A DNA stretch of 64,000 nucleotides, taken from contig JBDSXJ010000016.1 of NCBI GenBank assembly GCA_039926185.1, forward strand, positions 14,786 to 78,785. The letters run 5' to 3'. A model generated the notes under the pieces. The model had not been told where the DNA came from. It saw only the letters and a list, made by a program, of their open reading frames with translations, and made no database searches. Below, one piece after another: positions 46,844 to 56,511 of this stretch (position 1 is the first letter of the stretch; each line of letters begins with the position of its first letter). This DNA is from Bryobacteraceae bacterium. Lineage in GTDB: Bacteria; Acidobacteriota; Terriglobia; Bryobacterales; Bryobacteraceae. The position numbers and the translations under genes are program-made.

Positions 46844-47419
46844 TGGTCCATCGATAGGTTCGGACGAGTGGTCATCCCCAAAGCCATCCGCGACCGCGCG
46901 AACCTCCAGCCCAGGGCCGAACTTGATATTCGATTGGACACTGGAATGGTGGAAATAAGTCCGCCCGCCCCTCAAGGTCGTTTGATAGAGAAGGAAGGAT
47001 TCCTGGTGTGGGAATCGGCCCCGGTACGCCGCCGGTGCAACCCGGCGATCTTCGCCAAGCGATTCTTGATGTGCGCGCCGAGCGCGAGGGAAAATTCATT
47101 CGGGGAGCGTTGGGTAGTGACGATCGCACTTGATACCAGTGTGCTGATCGACATGGTCAATACCGCGTCCGTCCGGCATCAGCCAACTTGGGCTGGATTC
47201 AGCCGTTACCAATTCGAGGGCGCGGAATTCATTCTCGCCGAGCACGCGATACTGGAAGTCTTCTCAGTCCTGTCCTGCGCGCCTGCACCAGTCGGAATTC
47301 GTCCACCCGATACGCAGAGAGCCTTGCTCGATCGCTTAGGAAACATGCGCGTTGGGCGGAGAATCCTACGAAACATCCGGACTGGGGGTCCGCAGCAGCC
47401 AGAGTGGCTGCCCCACTAG
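46844..47419 (+). pseudogene. Decayed vapBC locus: AbrB/SpoVT-type antitoxin remnant plus the N-terminal half of a PIN (VapC) toxin
   Basis: The AbrB motif SIDRFGRVVIPKAIRDRANL has no in-frame start. The antitoxin C-terminus (ILDVRAEREGKF...) is in another frame. From GTG 47117 the sequence reads TIALDTSVLIDM...AEHAILEVFSVL, but the C-terminal PIN motifs are absent. The listed 183-aa ORF is a read-through fusion. Confidence 0.55.
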
Positions 47420-48267
47420 TTGTCGGTCGGGACTTTTTCCAGGTGGTCGATGACGAGGGTGTCGATTTCGCCGTGTTGTTTTTCGATTCTTAGGCCGAGC
47501 TTTTCGACGCCGCTGATAACCCCCGTGCGTATGGCGGCCCGCAGGTCTGAGGTGAATTCCGAAGTGCTTCGGCCTTCGGCTTTTGCTCTGGCGTAATCGG
47601 GGAGAACATACTGCAGTTTGATGTCGTACGTGCCTTGAATACCGGTCTTGTCGACGACGGGAAGACCCCCGAAATGAGGGTTCAGCAGTTTTGCGACGTC
47701 CGCAAGTGTCGACATTTGCACCCGGCTCAGGCCACCGGGTTCGTCCCAGGTTTTTGTGCTCCCGGACTGAAATAGCTTCACGCCTTTTTCTCCGGTCGAA
47801 CTGCCCCAATCGAATTTCGAAAAGTCGTTGGGATCATCGGGGGTCTTCGTCAGCTTCGCGCCCTCCTTGCCGACCACCACCGCATAGTAGTCTCCGACTT
47901 TGGTTCCCCAGTGGGCCGAAAGTTTAAACCTTTCTTCGAGAAGGCTTTGCAGCATGAGCGGCAGTTGCGACGCGGTCATTCCCGGGGGCATCGCCGCCTC
48001 GATGTCGTAAGTCAGATTGCCCAATGGCGTAACCCAGCCCGGACCTTCGACAAGGTTATCTTGGACCCCATATGCGGTCCGAATCATCTGGTTCATCGGC
48101 ATTCCCGCGATGCTGATGTTCCGGCCCGTGACCAGAATGCCGGATGCCTTGCCGCGAGCCGCTTTCGGGTCGGTCACACGGACCGAGGCGACCTCGAAAC
48201 TCGGCCGGATCGTTTGGGCGGAAAGTGAGAGCGTGAGCGCAAAGAGAGCAACGGAGCGGAATGTCAT
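47416..48267 (-). CDS. Secreted TIGR03435-like protein (Solibacter paralogous family)
   Basis: 283 aa with a signal peptide, then PSFEVASVRV. C-terminal TLVIDHLEKVPTDN is typical of this family as I recall it. Confidence 0.6.
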   Translation of the reverse strand: MTFRSVALFALTLSLSAQTIRPSFEVASVRVTDPKAARGKASGILVTGRNISIAGMPMNQMIRTAYGVQDNLVEGPGWVTPLGNLTYDIEAAMPPGMTASQLPLMLQSLLEERFKLSAHWGTKVGDYYAVVVGKEGAKLTKTPDDPNDFSKFDWGSSTGEKGVKLFQSGSTKTWDEPGGLSRVQMSTLADVAKLLNPHFGGLPVVDKTGIQGTYDIKLQYVLPDYARAKAEGRSTSEFTSDLRAAIRTGVISGVEKLGLRIEKQHGEIDTLVIDHLEKVPTDN

Positions 48268-48307
48268 CCGCCAAAAAATACCAAAATACTCGCGCTAGCG
48301 CAACGGG

Positions 48308-49534
48308 TTAGGCGACCAGGTAGTGGATCGAGTCCATGAGCCACTCGCGGTTGGCGGTGACATCTTTGTCCAGGCGGGTGACTAGTTCTTCGCGCTGGGT
48401 GAAGAGGCGGTAGCCTTCGGTCGGGCGGAGGTAGCCTTTCGCGCGGGGGTCCTGGTCGAAGAGAGCTTCTTCGCCGATCTCCTTTGCCATCTTGGCGTAA
48501 CGGGCGCGATTCTCGAGTAGGGCTTTCACGATGAAGGGCATCAGCGTCGAATAGTCCGCCTGCATGCTCTCGGTGGCTTGCTGGTAGGTGTCCTTGTCGA
48601 CCTTTCCCCAGGTCACGGCTTCGGCGGGGGGACAAGAAGACAGACTGCCATCGGTGACGGGAGCGGTTACGATCTGAACATCGAAGTTATAGCCTCTAAC
48701 ATCAGGAATTCCGAGGACTTGTCCGAGCGCTGGTTCGGGCTGTAGGTTGTAGTTTTTGGGGACGCCGCCGCCCAGGATCAGCGTTCCTAAAGCGTGGATA
48801 TCATTGTCGAACAGGCCCCAGCGGTGATAAGCGCAGGCTTCGTAGACTTCGGCGTGGAGGTCGATGTCGAACTTGTAGTCGGGCAGCATGCCGGTTTTGG
48901 CCATGGCCCAGAGCTTCATGGAATTGAGGAACACGCTGCCGTCCGCGGGGGCTCCGACGAAGACGGGGATCGCCATTTGGTGGCAGGTGGCGAGGAGGCC
49001 TCGCTTGACCTGGACGGCTTTTTCCTGGGCGGCGTAGAAGGCTCCGAGGAGGTAGCGGAGCTCCGTGCCGGTCATCTTGTGCTGGAATTCGGGGCGCTGG
49101 AGGATAGCGGAGAGGAACTTGTCCTGGTTGAGCAGGACGTCCTCATCGAAGGCCATGTCGGTGACGCGGATAGTGCGTTCGTCGCGCAGAGCTCCGTCGT
49201 CGCCCCAGATGGGGACTTCGAAGATGGGTCCGTCGCGATGCTCGGTGAGGCTGCGGTGGCCGTCGTGGTAACACACGGCGTCAGTGGTGGAGAGGTAGGC
49301 GACCCAACCGGTTTCGAGTAAGGGGATCAGCCAGGCTTGATGCTGGCCGCTTACGGTCACGGGACCGGCGATCGAAAGGGTGAGGGGGCAGCCGAGGCCG
49401 ATGGCTCGGTCGAGGATGGTGTAGATGCGACGGAGGAAGGCTCCGCCGAATGCGGGGAAGCAGTGGGTCAGCAGGTCGGCCATGGTGTCGCATTCGTCGA
49501 CACGGCGGACATTCACTTGAGGGCGATCGTTCAT
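48308..49534 (-). CDS. Deoxyhypusine synthase-family protein (possible homospermidine synthase-like enzyme)
   Basis: 408 aa. Retains the motif around the catalytic Lys (PAEAVTWGKV) and GGGVPKN. Confidence 0.75.
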   Translation of the reverse strand: MNDRPQVNVRRVDECDTMADLLTHCFPAFGGAFLRRIYTILDRAIGLGCPLTLSIAGPVTVSGQHQAWLIPLLETGWVAYLSTTDAVCYHDGHRSLTEHRDGPIFEVPIWGDDGALRDERTIRVTDMAFDEDVLLNQDKFLSAILQRPEFQHKMTGTELRYLLGAFYAAQEKAVQVKRGLLATCHQMAIPVFVGAPADGSVFLNSMKLWAMAKTGMLPDYKFDIDLHAEVYEACAYHRWGLFDNDIHALGTLILGGGVPKNYNLQPEPALGQVLGIPDVRGYNFDVQIVTAPVTDGSLSSCPPAEAVTWGKVDKDTYQQATESMQADYSTLMPFIVKALLENRARYAKMAKEIGEEALFDQDPRAKGYLRPTEGYRLFTQREELVTRLDKDVTANREWLMDSIHYLVA

Positions 49535-49547
49535 GTATTTTTTGATG

Positions 49548-50156
49548 TTACTCGAACTGGCGGCGTAGGTCGGATAGTTGTTGTTTCAATTCGGCGACTT
49601 CTTGTTCCAGGATCTCGACTCGGATTGCGAGGCTTGAGGTTGCGGTGACTGCCGGTGCCGATGCCGGTTCGGGGATATCGGTGGGCTCGTGCCACAGGTG
49701 GACCCATCGGCCTCTTGCTGCGGGGGCGACTAGGGCGGGATCGCGATCGGCCAGGGTTTGGAGAACGCGCTCGACTTCGTCCATGTCGGAGAATTCGTGC
49801 ATACGTTCGGTGCGGCCGCGGAGTTCGCCGACGGTTTGGGGGCCTCGGAGCATGAGCACGCAGAGGAGCGCCACTTCGCGGCGTCCGAGGTTGAGTGTTT
49901 CGCTGAGACGGTGGCCGTACTTTTCGACGCGATGCCCTGCCCCGCTGACGATGGAAGCGAGGCCTCGGTGACGGAGGGTGGCAAGGGCCTGGGAGACGGT
50001 TGACTCGTCAAAGGCGGTTACGGGCTCACGGCTGGATTTTTGATTGCACGCGTTCTGCAGTGCGTTCAGCGTGAGCGGATAGTATTCAGGCGTGGTGAGG
50101 TCCTTTTCGAGCAAAGCTCCCAGGACGCGGACCTCAACTGGGTGGAGCGGTTCCAA
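49548..50156 (-). CDS. yceH: YceH-family protein (DUF480, winged-helix repeats)
   Basis: VEVRVLGALLEKDLTTPEYYPLTLNALQNACNQKSSREPV, plus a C-terminal coiled-coil. Confidence 0.75.
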   Translation of the reverse strand: MEPLHPVEVRVLGALLEKDLTTPEYYPLTLNALQNACNQKSSREPVTAFDESTVSQALATLRHRGLASIVSGAGHRVEKYGHRLSETLNLGRREVALLCVLMLRGPQTVGELRGRTERMHEFSDMDEVERVLQTLADRDPALVAPAARGRWVHLWHEPTDIPEPASAPAVTATSSLAIRVEILEQEVAELKQQLSDLRRQFE

Positions 50157-50164
50157 GGTGGAAC

Positions 50165-50605
50165 TTAGTGGCCTTCGTGCTCGCCTTCGCCTTCACCAGC
50201 GGGTTTCGCGGGTGCGACGTAGGGGACGGGAGCGGGGGTGAGCAATGGGTTCATCGATTCCGGAACCTTGGTGGGTTCGGCGAGAACGGGAACGTTGCGC
50301 GGGATCGGGTCCTTGCGGTTTCCAAGATCGATCAGGTCGAACATTAGGAAGATGCCGAGGAACAGGAAGCCGGAGACGGCGATGATGGCGTTGACCGATT
50401 TATCCCAACGCAGGTGCATGAAGAAAAGGGCGACGAGGATCGCCTTTATGGTCGCGATGCTCAGGGCGATGGTGACGTTCGCGGCCGAGGAACCGAAGTT
50501 GATGTAGGAGGCCCCGACGGTGATCCCGGTGAGGATCAGCAGCGCGACCAGGTTTGCGGTCATCGCTAAAGGACCGCCGTGTTGTGTGTGTTCGTGTGCG
50601 CTCAT
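50165..50605 (-). CDS. Cytochrome c oxidase subunit IV (bacterial CoxD-type) with Pro/Glu-rich C-terminal tail
   Basis: Three TMs with ATIKAILVALFFMHLRWDK. Confidence 0.75.
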   Translation of the reverse strand: MSAHEHTQHGGPLAMTANLVALLILTGITVGASYINFGSSAANVTIALSIATIKAILVALFFMHLRWDKSVNAIIAVSGFLFLGIFLMFDLIDLGNRKDPIPRNVPVLAEPTKVPESMNPLLTPAPVPYVAPAKPAGEGEGEHEGH

Positions 50606-50618
50606 TCGTGTGGCCCTT

Positions 50619-51359
50619 TTACGAGATCAAGTAGTACAGCGGGAACAAATAGATCCAGATCATGTCGACGATGTGCCAGTAGAGGCCGAACAGGTCGACG
50701 GGGGTGTAGTAGGCGGCGGAGAACTTATCGGCGTTTTTCAGCAGCCAGAGGATCAAACCCATTCCGATCAGGATGTGGATACCGTGCAGGCCGGTCATCA
50801 TGAAGTAGAACGAGAAGAACGTGGCGTATCCGTGGGTGCAACCCGCGGGGCCATACGCTCCGGCGGCACCATCGACGCAGGCTTTCAGCGTGTCGGTGAC
50901 TTGCGAAACGTAGAACCTGCCAGGCAGGAGGCCTTCTTCAAACTTGTGCGAATACTCGTAGTATTTGACGCCCATGAAGATGCAGGCGCAGACGAAGGTG
51001 GCGATGAGGAACATCTTCATCTTGGCCTTATCGCTGGTCTTAGCGGCGTTGACCGCCATGACCATGGTCCAGCTGGAGATGAGCAGGACGACCGTGTTCA
51101 GCGCCCCGGCCCAGCGTTGCAGGTGGTGATGCGCGTCGACGAACTCTTGCGGAAACTTCCCTTGAGACAAGCCGAAGCCGACGAACAGGCCGCCGAACAT
51201 TAGGACTTCGGTCGCGAGGAACGTCCACATACCGATCTTGCTGGTATCGAACTGCTGCTCCATCGTTGTGAAGTGGTGCTGATGGTACGGGTTGTGATCG
51301 CCACCGTGAGAATGGTCGCCGTGCGTGTGTAGTTCTGGTGTCGTGGTGCTCATGTTCAC
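50619..51359 (-). CDS. ctaE: Cytochrome c oxidase subunit III
   Basis: 246 aa, heme-copper oxidase subunit III layout (FLATEVLMFGGLF, FYWHIVDMIW-like). Confidence 0.88.
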   Translation of the reverse strand: MNMSTTTPELHTHGDHSHGGDHNPYHQHHFTTMEQQFDTSKIGMWTFLATEVLMFGGLFVGFGLSQGKFPQEFVDAHHHLQRWAGALNTVVLLISSWTMVMAVNAAKTSDKAKMKMFLIATFVCACIFMGVKYYEYSHKFEEGLLPGRFYVSQVTDTLKACVDGAAGAYGPAGCTHGYATFFSFYFMMTGLHGIHILIGMGLILWLLKNADKFSAAYYTPVDLFGLYWHIVDMIWIYLFPLYYLIS

Positions 51360-51362
51360 CCT

Positions 51363-53021
51363 TTAGTGTTTGCCGGCCGTAGCAGCCGGGCGGTAATCGT
51401 ACGGTTCGCGTTCGAGGACCGGTTGGTCGGCGAAGTTATGCGTGATGGGCGGAGAAGACGTCTTCCATTCGAGCGTGGTGCCACCCCACGGATCGTCGGG
51501 TGCATCACACGGCTTGCGCAGCGAAGCCAGCAAGTAAGCCAGCGTCATAAAGAGGCTGAGGCCGATAATCCAGGAACCGACCGTGGAGAATGCGTGGAAC
51601 GGCTGGAACTGGTCGAGATAGTTGTAGTAGCGGCGGGGCATGCCCTGGCTACCCATAATGAACTGCGGGATAAAGGTGGCGTTGAAACCGATGAACCACA
51701 ACACGCAGGCGATTTTCGCCAGCTTTTCGTTATACATCCGGCCGGTCATCTTGGGCCACCAGTAGTGCAGGCCGCCGATGAAGGCTGTCACGGTCGAACC
51801 CATCATTACGTAGTGGAAGTGGGCGACGACAAAGTAGGTGTCGGTCAAGTGGACGTCGGTCGACAGTGTGCCGAGGAAGATACCGGTCAAGCCGCCGATC
51901 GCGAACAGGATCAGGAAGGCGATGGCGTAGAGCATCGGCGATGCGAGCACGATGTTGCCTTTATACATCGTGGTGAGCCAGTTGAAGACCTTGACGCCCG
52001 AGGGGATCGCAACCAGGAACGTCAGCGCCGAGAATACGACGGTGGCGAGCTGCGATTGGCCGGAGACAAACATATGGTGACCCCAGACGATGAAGCTGAC
52101 CAAGGCCAGGGAGACCGAGGAGTACGCGATGGCGCGGTAGCCGAAGATGGTTTTCTTCGAGAAGGTCGGGATGAGTTCCGAGATGATCGCCATGCCGGGG
52201 AGAATCATGATGTATACGGCAGGGTGCGAATAGAACCAGAAGAAGTGCTGGAAGAGCACGGGGTCGCCGCCGTAGCGCGGGTCGAAGATGCCGATGTGCA
52301 GGGTTTTTTCGATGGCCAGTAGGACCACGGTGATGGCGAGCACGGGGGTCGCGAGGATCTGAATGACGGCGGTGGAGTACATGCCCCAGACGAAGAGCGG
52401 CATGTCGAACCAGCCCATACCGGGCGCGCGTAGTTTGTGGACTGTGGCGATGAAATTGAGACCGGTAAGGATCGAGGAGAAGCCGAGAACAAAAACGGAC
52501 ATCGTCATCATGGCGACGGAGCCGTTGGCGAAGGAACTGGAATAGGGAGTGTAGAAGGTCCAGCCGGTGTCGACGCCGCCGATAATGATGGAGCTGACGG
52601 CCATGGTTGCGCCGATGACGTAGATGTAGAAACTGGCCAGGTTGAGCTTCGGGAAAGCGACGTCTTTTGCGCCGAGCATCAGAGGCAATACGAAGTTGGT
52701 GAGCGAGCCCGGGATGGCGGGAATGATGAAGAGGAACACCATGATCGCGCCGTGCAGGGTGAAGAGCTTGTTGTAACTGTCGGCGTCGACAGTGAGGCCG
52801 AGGAGCGTATGTTTCGGGGTCAACAGGACCAGGCGAAGAGCCAGCGCGAGAAGGCCGCCGATCATAAAGAAGAAGCCGGAGGCGACCAGGTACATCAAGC
52901 CGATACGCTTGTGGTCGACGGTGGTCATCCAGTCCCAGAGGCTGGTGTTTTCGTTGAGGTAATGCGTAAACGGCGCGGGGCGGTGGCCCACTTGCTGTTC
53001 AGAATGCAGTACGGGTTCCAT
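51363..53021 (-). CDS. ctaD: Cytochrome c oxidase subunit I
   Basis: 552 aa with [24 protein letters not shown] and HFHYVM motifs. Confidence 0.95.
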   Translation of the reverse strand: MEPVLHSEQQVGHRPAPFTHYLNENTSLWDWMTTVDHKRIGLMYLVASGFFFMIGGLLALALRLVLLTPKHTLLGLTVDADSYNKLFTLHGAIMVFLFIIPAIPGSLTNFVLPLMLGAKDVAFPKLNLASFYIYVIGATMAVSSIIIGGVDTGWTFYTPYSSSFANGSVAMMTMSVFVLGFSSILTGLNFIATVHKLRAPGMGWFDMPLFVWGMYSTAVIQILATPVLAITVVLLAIEKTLHIGIFDPRYGGDPVLFQHFFWFYSHPAVYIMILPGMAIISELIPTFSKKTIFGYRAIAYSSVSLALVSFIVWGHHMFVSGQSQLATVVFSALTFLVAIPSGVKVFNWLTTMYKGNIVLASPMLYAIAFLILFAIGGLTGIFLGTLSTDVHLTDTYFVVAHFHYVMMGSTVTAFIGGLHYWWPKMTGRMYNEKLAKIACVLWFIGFNATFIPQFIMGSQGMPRRYYNYLDQFQPFHAFSTVGSWIIGLSLFMTLAYLLASLRKPCDAPDDPWGGTTLEWKTSSPPITHNFADQPVLEREPYDYRPAATAGKH

Positions 53022-53039
53022 ATATTTCTTTCTTCTCCC

Positions 53040-54008
53040 CTACTTTAACGACTCAATGTAGGCTTGCAGACCCTTGATTTCGTGGTTGCGCAACAGGCCT
53101 TGGAAGGTGGGCATGATGGGTTCAAAGCCCTTGACGACTTTCGCGTTCGGCTGCAGCATGGATTGTTCGAGGTAGGCTGCGTCGATTACGCCGGTGGTTC
53201 CGTCGGCGAAGGATTCGGTTTTGCCGAAGAGACCTTTCCAGGTTGGACCCTTGCTGGAAGTTCCATCCACAGAGTGGCAGGAGTTGCAGCCCTTACGCTC
53301 ATATTGCAGCTTGCCCCAGCCGGCCCAGTTGTTGCCGTCGCGATAGGGTTCCCACTCGCTGCCGCCAGTGGCAACGAACTTGTCGAAATCTTCTTGCGAT
53401 TCGACGGTGAGAATGCCCTTCATGCCGGAGTGATCCTTGCCGCAATATTCGGCGCAGGTGAAGGTGTGCGGTCCGAGGACGTTGGGCGTGAACCAGATTT
53501 GCGTGTAGCGCCCTGGGACTACGTCGTGTTTCACGCGCATATCCGGGACGAAGAAATCGTGCAGCACGTCTTCGCTGGTCATGGTCAACTTGATCGGCTT
53601 GTTCACGGGCGCGTGCAAATCGTTCACCGTGCGGGAACCGTCCGGATATTCGAACTGCCACAGCCATTGCTTTCCGGTGACCACTACTTCCATGGCGTCG
53701 CCGGGTGCGACCGCAAACTTCATCCAGCCGTTAAGGCCCCAAAAGAAGAGACCGACGCAGATGAGCAGTGGTCCAACGCTCCACAGAATTTCGAGAGTGG
53801 TGTTGTGGGTGAAATGCGGGGTGACGCGGCCGGCTTTGAAGCGGTAGCGCCAGGCGAAATACAGCGTGGCGAAGGTGATGCCGACGAACAGCACCACGCA
53901 CAGCCAGTAGATGCCAATGAAGACCTGGTCGACTTCCGCCGCGTAGGCGGAGCCCCTAGGGGGCAACATCGCCTGACCGGTAATGTAATCAATAAACGAA
54001 TGTTCCAT
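53040..54008 (-). CDS. ctaC: Cytochrome c oxidase subunit II with fused C-terminal cytochrome c domain (caa3-type)
   Basis: CuA site CAEYCGKDHSGM and heme motif CNSCHS. Confidence 0.92.
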   Translation of the reverse strand: MEHSFIDYITGQAMLPPRGSAYAAEVDQVFIGIYWLCVVLFVGITFATLYFAWRYRFKAGRVTPHFTHNTTLEILWSVGPLLICVGLFFWGLNGWMKFAVAPGDAMEVVVTGKQWLWQFEYPDGSRTVNDLHAPVNKPIKLTMTSEDVLHDFFVPDMRVKHDVVPGRYTQIWFTPNVLGPHTFTCAEYCGKDHSGMKGILTVESQEDFDKFVATGGSEWEPYRDGNNWAGWGKLQYERKGCNSCHSVDGTSSKGPTWKGLFGKTESFADGTTGVIDAAYLEQSMLQPNAKVVKGFEPIMPTFQGLLRNHEIKGLQAYIESLK

Positions 54009-54017
54009 CCTGAGGAC

Positions 54018-54881
54018 CTATGCCATCCTTTCGCGCGCGGCGGGGACCACCTTGGGGTGAACCATACGCCACCAGAACCACCCCATCAACGCCATTACTA
54101 GAATTCCGCCCGCCTTCATGAAGTTCATCGCGAAGAAGACGTAGCGGCTGGCCTTGGGGTCATACATGTAACAGAGTAAGAGAACTTTTTCGACCGCCAT
54201 GGTTGCGCGGTTCTCAGAGGCCTCGGCGATAGCGAAGCGCAGATCGCGAGCCTTATAAGTGATGCCGTAGAGATAACGGGCCATCTTGCCTTGCGGGGTG
54301 AGCACCATGATCGCGGCGGGGTGCGCGTACTGCTCAATGCGTTCATCGTAGCGGTAGTTGAAGCCGACTTGTTTGGCCAGACGCGCCGCGTTGCCGTGGT
54401 CGTCGGTGAGGAAATGCCAGCCGGGTGCCGGGCGGTCGTAGGTAGACAGGTACATCGCCTTTTTCTGGCGCGCCTTGTCGAAGGCTTCGCGCGGGTCGAT
54501 GCTGATAGTGACGACTTCGTATTGGTTGCCCGGGGTCCATTCGAGCTCACGCATGACCTGCACCTGGGCGTTGAGGATCAGGGTGCAGAGCTGCGGGCAG
54601 TCGTAATAGACGAGGTTGAGGATGACCGGACGATCCTTGTAAAAATACTCGCGCAACTTGTGGGGATAGCCATCCTCGGCGATGAAAGTGAGATCGAGGT
54701 CGACTTGCTGGTTCAGCTTTTCGTCAATCCCGACACCCTGAAGCTGGTTGGGCTTCTGGTTGGCCGGCAATTCAGATTCGATGTAGCCGGGGTTATACAT
54801 AGAACTGCTCTGCGCTTGCAAACACGTGGAGCCGAGGACCGCGAGGGCCACCAGATTCCGAGATGTGCGCAGGAGGTTCAT
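54018..54881 (-). CDS. SCO1/SenC copper chaperone family protein
   Basis: Thioredoxin-like CPQLCT motif and a downstream His (YAHPAAI), plus a C-terminal TM. Confidence 0.82.
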   Translation of the reverse strand: MNLLRTSRNLVALAVLGSTCLQAQSSSMYNPGYIESELPANQKPNQLQGVGIDEKLNQQVDLDLTFIAEDGYPHKLREYFYKDRPVILNLVYYDCPQLCTLILNAQVQVMRELEWTPGNQYEVVTISIDPREAFDKARQKKAMYLSTYDRPAPGWHFLTDDHGNAARLAKQVGFNYRYDERIEQYAHPAAIMVLTPQGKMARYLYGITYKARDLRFAIAEASENRATMAVEKVLLLCYMYDPKASRYVFFAMNFMKAGGILVMALMGWFWWRMVHPKVVPAARERMA

Positions 54882-54883
54882 GA

Positions 54884-55300
54884 TTACTTCTTGGGCTCGG
54901 GCGGAGCTTCTGCCTTCGGCATGGTAGGACGTGCGGGATAAAAGGTCTTGCCCGCCGCAGCGTCCTGGAGCACCATTTCACGCGCGCGTTCCATCGGGAT
55001 GCGCACTTGTGTCTTCTCCGGAGTGGTGTATTCGTAATGCGTCATACGCCAGGCTTCCAAAGCTCGCTGATCTTTCAACTCGGGCGGCGCCACGGTCAGG
55101 ACCTTTTCGGTCACCGCGACGTTCCATACATTTTCAAAGTAGTTCTGTAGCGCGACAATGACAACCACCAGGGTGATGACGCTGACGACGACGAACAGCG
55201 TGATGCGAGTGGCTTCAGGCTCGGAAGGGTCGAAGCCCTCTTTGGGGTCGTGTTTGATCACGTCGTGATCGTAGTGTGGGTCGAAATGTTCTTTGCTCAC
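54884..55300 (-). CDS. Single-TM membrane protein of unknown function between actF and SCO1
   Basis: 138 aa with one TM (ITLFVVVSVITLVVVIVAL). 2-nt and 11-nt gaps to its neighbours. Confidence 0.55.
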   Translation of the reverse strand: MSKEHFDPHYDHDVIKHDPKEGFDPSEPEATRITLFVVVSVITLVVVIVALQNYFENVWNVAVTEKVLTVAPPELKDQRALEAWRMTHYEYTTPEKTQVRIPMERAREMVLQDAAAGKTFYPARPTMPKAEAPPEPKK

Positions 55301-55311
55301 GTTATCCCCTT

Positions 55312-56511
55312 CTAGACGTTTTCGAAGTGCAAGCTCTGTTCCAGGCGGAGGTCACCGACCGGAATGATTTTGTTGTTTTGGAAGCGGCCCCAGAACACAA
55401 ACCCGCAGACGCTGACCGTGGTCGCGAGAGTGGCGAGGTCGAGCCAATGGAACGCCGGCCCTTCCTTGTGGAAGTTCGGCATGACAATCCAGTAGAGATC
55501 GAGGTAGATGACGATCAGGCTCCAGATGGCGATCATACGAATGACGTTCAGTTTGCGCTTCATCGGGCGGCACAACAGGATGAAGAACGGAATGAAGAAG
55601 CGGATGAACGGCAGAGATAGGCTCAATGGCAGCCAGGTTCCGTGCGCGCGGTGGCGATAGAAAGTGGTTTCTTCCGGCAGATCGGCGTACCAGATCAGGA
55701 TGTACTGCGAGAAGGCTATGTAGGTGTAGAAGCAGGTGAGTGCGAACATCCACTTGCCGAGATCGTGATAGTGCTCTTCCCGGATCGTGTTGGCGAGGAT
55801 GCCATTCTTGCGGAAGCCAAGGGTAATCAAGGTGAGCACGGCCATGAAGCCGAGGGCTCCGTTGGCCAGATAGTAGAGACCGAAGATGGTCGAATACCAG
55901 GCGGGCTCGAGCGACATCAGCCAATCGAAGGATGCGAGCGAGCCGACGACAACGGCCATGAACAGGCCGGGAGCGGACCAGCGCGTGATGGCGTGCATGT
56001 TTTGAGCGCTGCGCTCGGTGTCCTGCTTGATGGAGTTGCGATAGATGCTGACAGTCCACAGCGTCCACAGGGCGAAGTACGCCAAGCTGCGGTACATGAA
56101 GAAGTCTTTGGTCAGGTAGCCGGCCTTGGCTGCCAGGGGCTTGCTGCTGGCCATGAACGCTTCGTTGGTCCAGGGATAGAGGTGATCGAGGCCGCCGATG
56201 AGCGGCAGAGCCAGGATCAGGCCGACGGGCAGGGTCACCATGAGATTTTCCATGATGCGGCGCATGCCGACACTCCAGGCCGAGCCGGTGAGGTATTGAA
56301 TCTGGACGAAGAAGAACGCTCCGAGTCCGATGGCGCAGGTGTAGGTGAAGGCGACCAGATAGGATTCGAAGAACCGGTCAGGGTTCGTCATGTACCCGGC
56401 TACGCTGGCCAGGATCGAGACGAGGGCGGCAAAGGCCAGCGTGTTGCGGCCAGCGCTCCAGCGCCCGGATTCGAGCGTGTAGTTATCAACGGTGTGGGAA
56501 TGTGCGCTCAT
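55312..56511 (-). CDS. actF: Alternative complex III subunit ActF (NrfD-like integral membrane subunit)
   Basis: 399-aa polytopic protein. Its position after ActE and its similarity in kind to ActC support the call. The ATG overlaps the actE stop by 1 nt. Confidence 0.8.
   Translation of the reverse strand: MSAHSHTVDNYTLESGRWSAGRNTLAFAALVSILASVAGYMTNPDRFFESYLVAFTYTCAIGLGAFFFVQIQYLTGSAWSVGMRRIMENLMVTLPVGLILALPLIGGLDHLYPWTNEAFMASSKPLAAKAGYLTKDFFMYRSLAYFALWTLWTVSIYRNSIKQDTERSAQNMHAITRWSAPGLFMAVVVGSLASFDWLMSLEPAWYSTIFGLYYLANGALGFMAVLTLITLGFRKNGILANTIREEHYHDLGKWMFALTCFYTYIAFSQYILIWYADLPEETTFYRHRAHGTWLPLSLSLPFIRFFIPFFILLCRPMKRKLNVIRMIAIWSLIVIYLDLYWIVMPNFHKEGPAFHWLDLATLATTVSVCGFVFWGRFQNNKIIPVGDLRLEQSLHFENV

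Noticed and set aside
47419-47493. PLVVGRDFFQVVDDEG in ORF 47188..47493, which looked like the missing C-terminal T-x-D-x-x-F motif of the right-hand PIN fragment after a frameshift.
   Set aside because: This stretch is simply the antisense translation of the well-supported C-terminus (TLVIDHLEKVPTDN) of the TIGR03435-like gene. The resemblance is coincidental.
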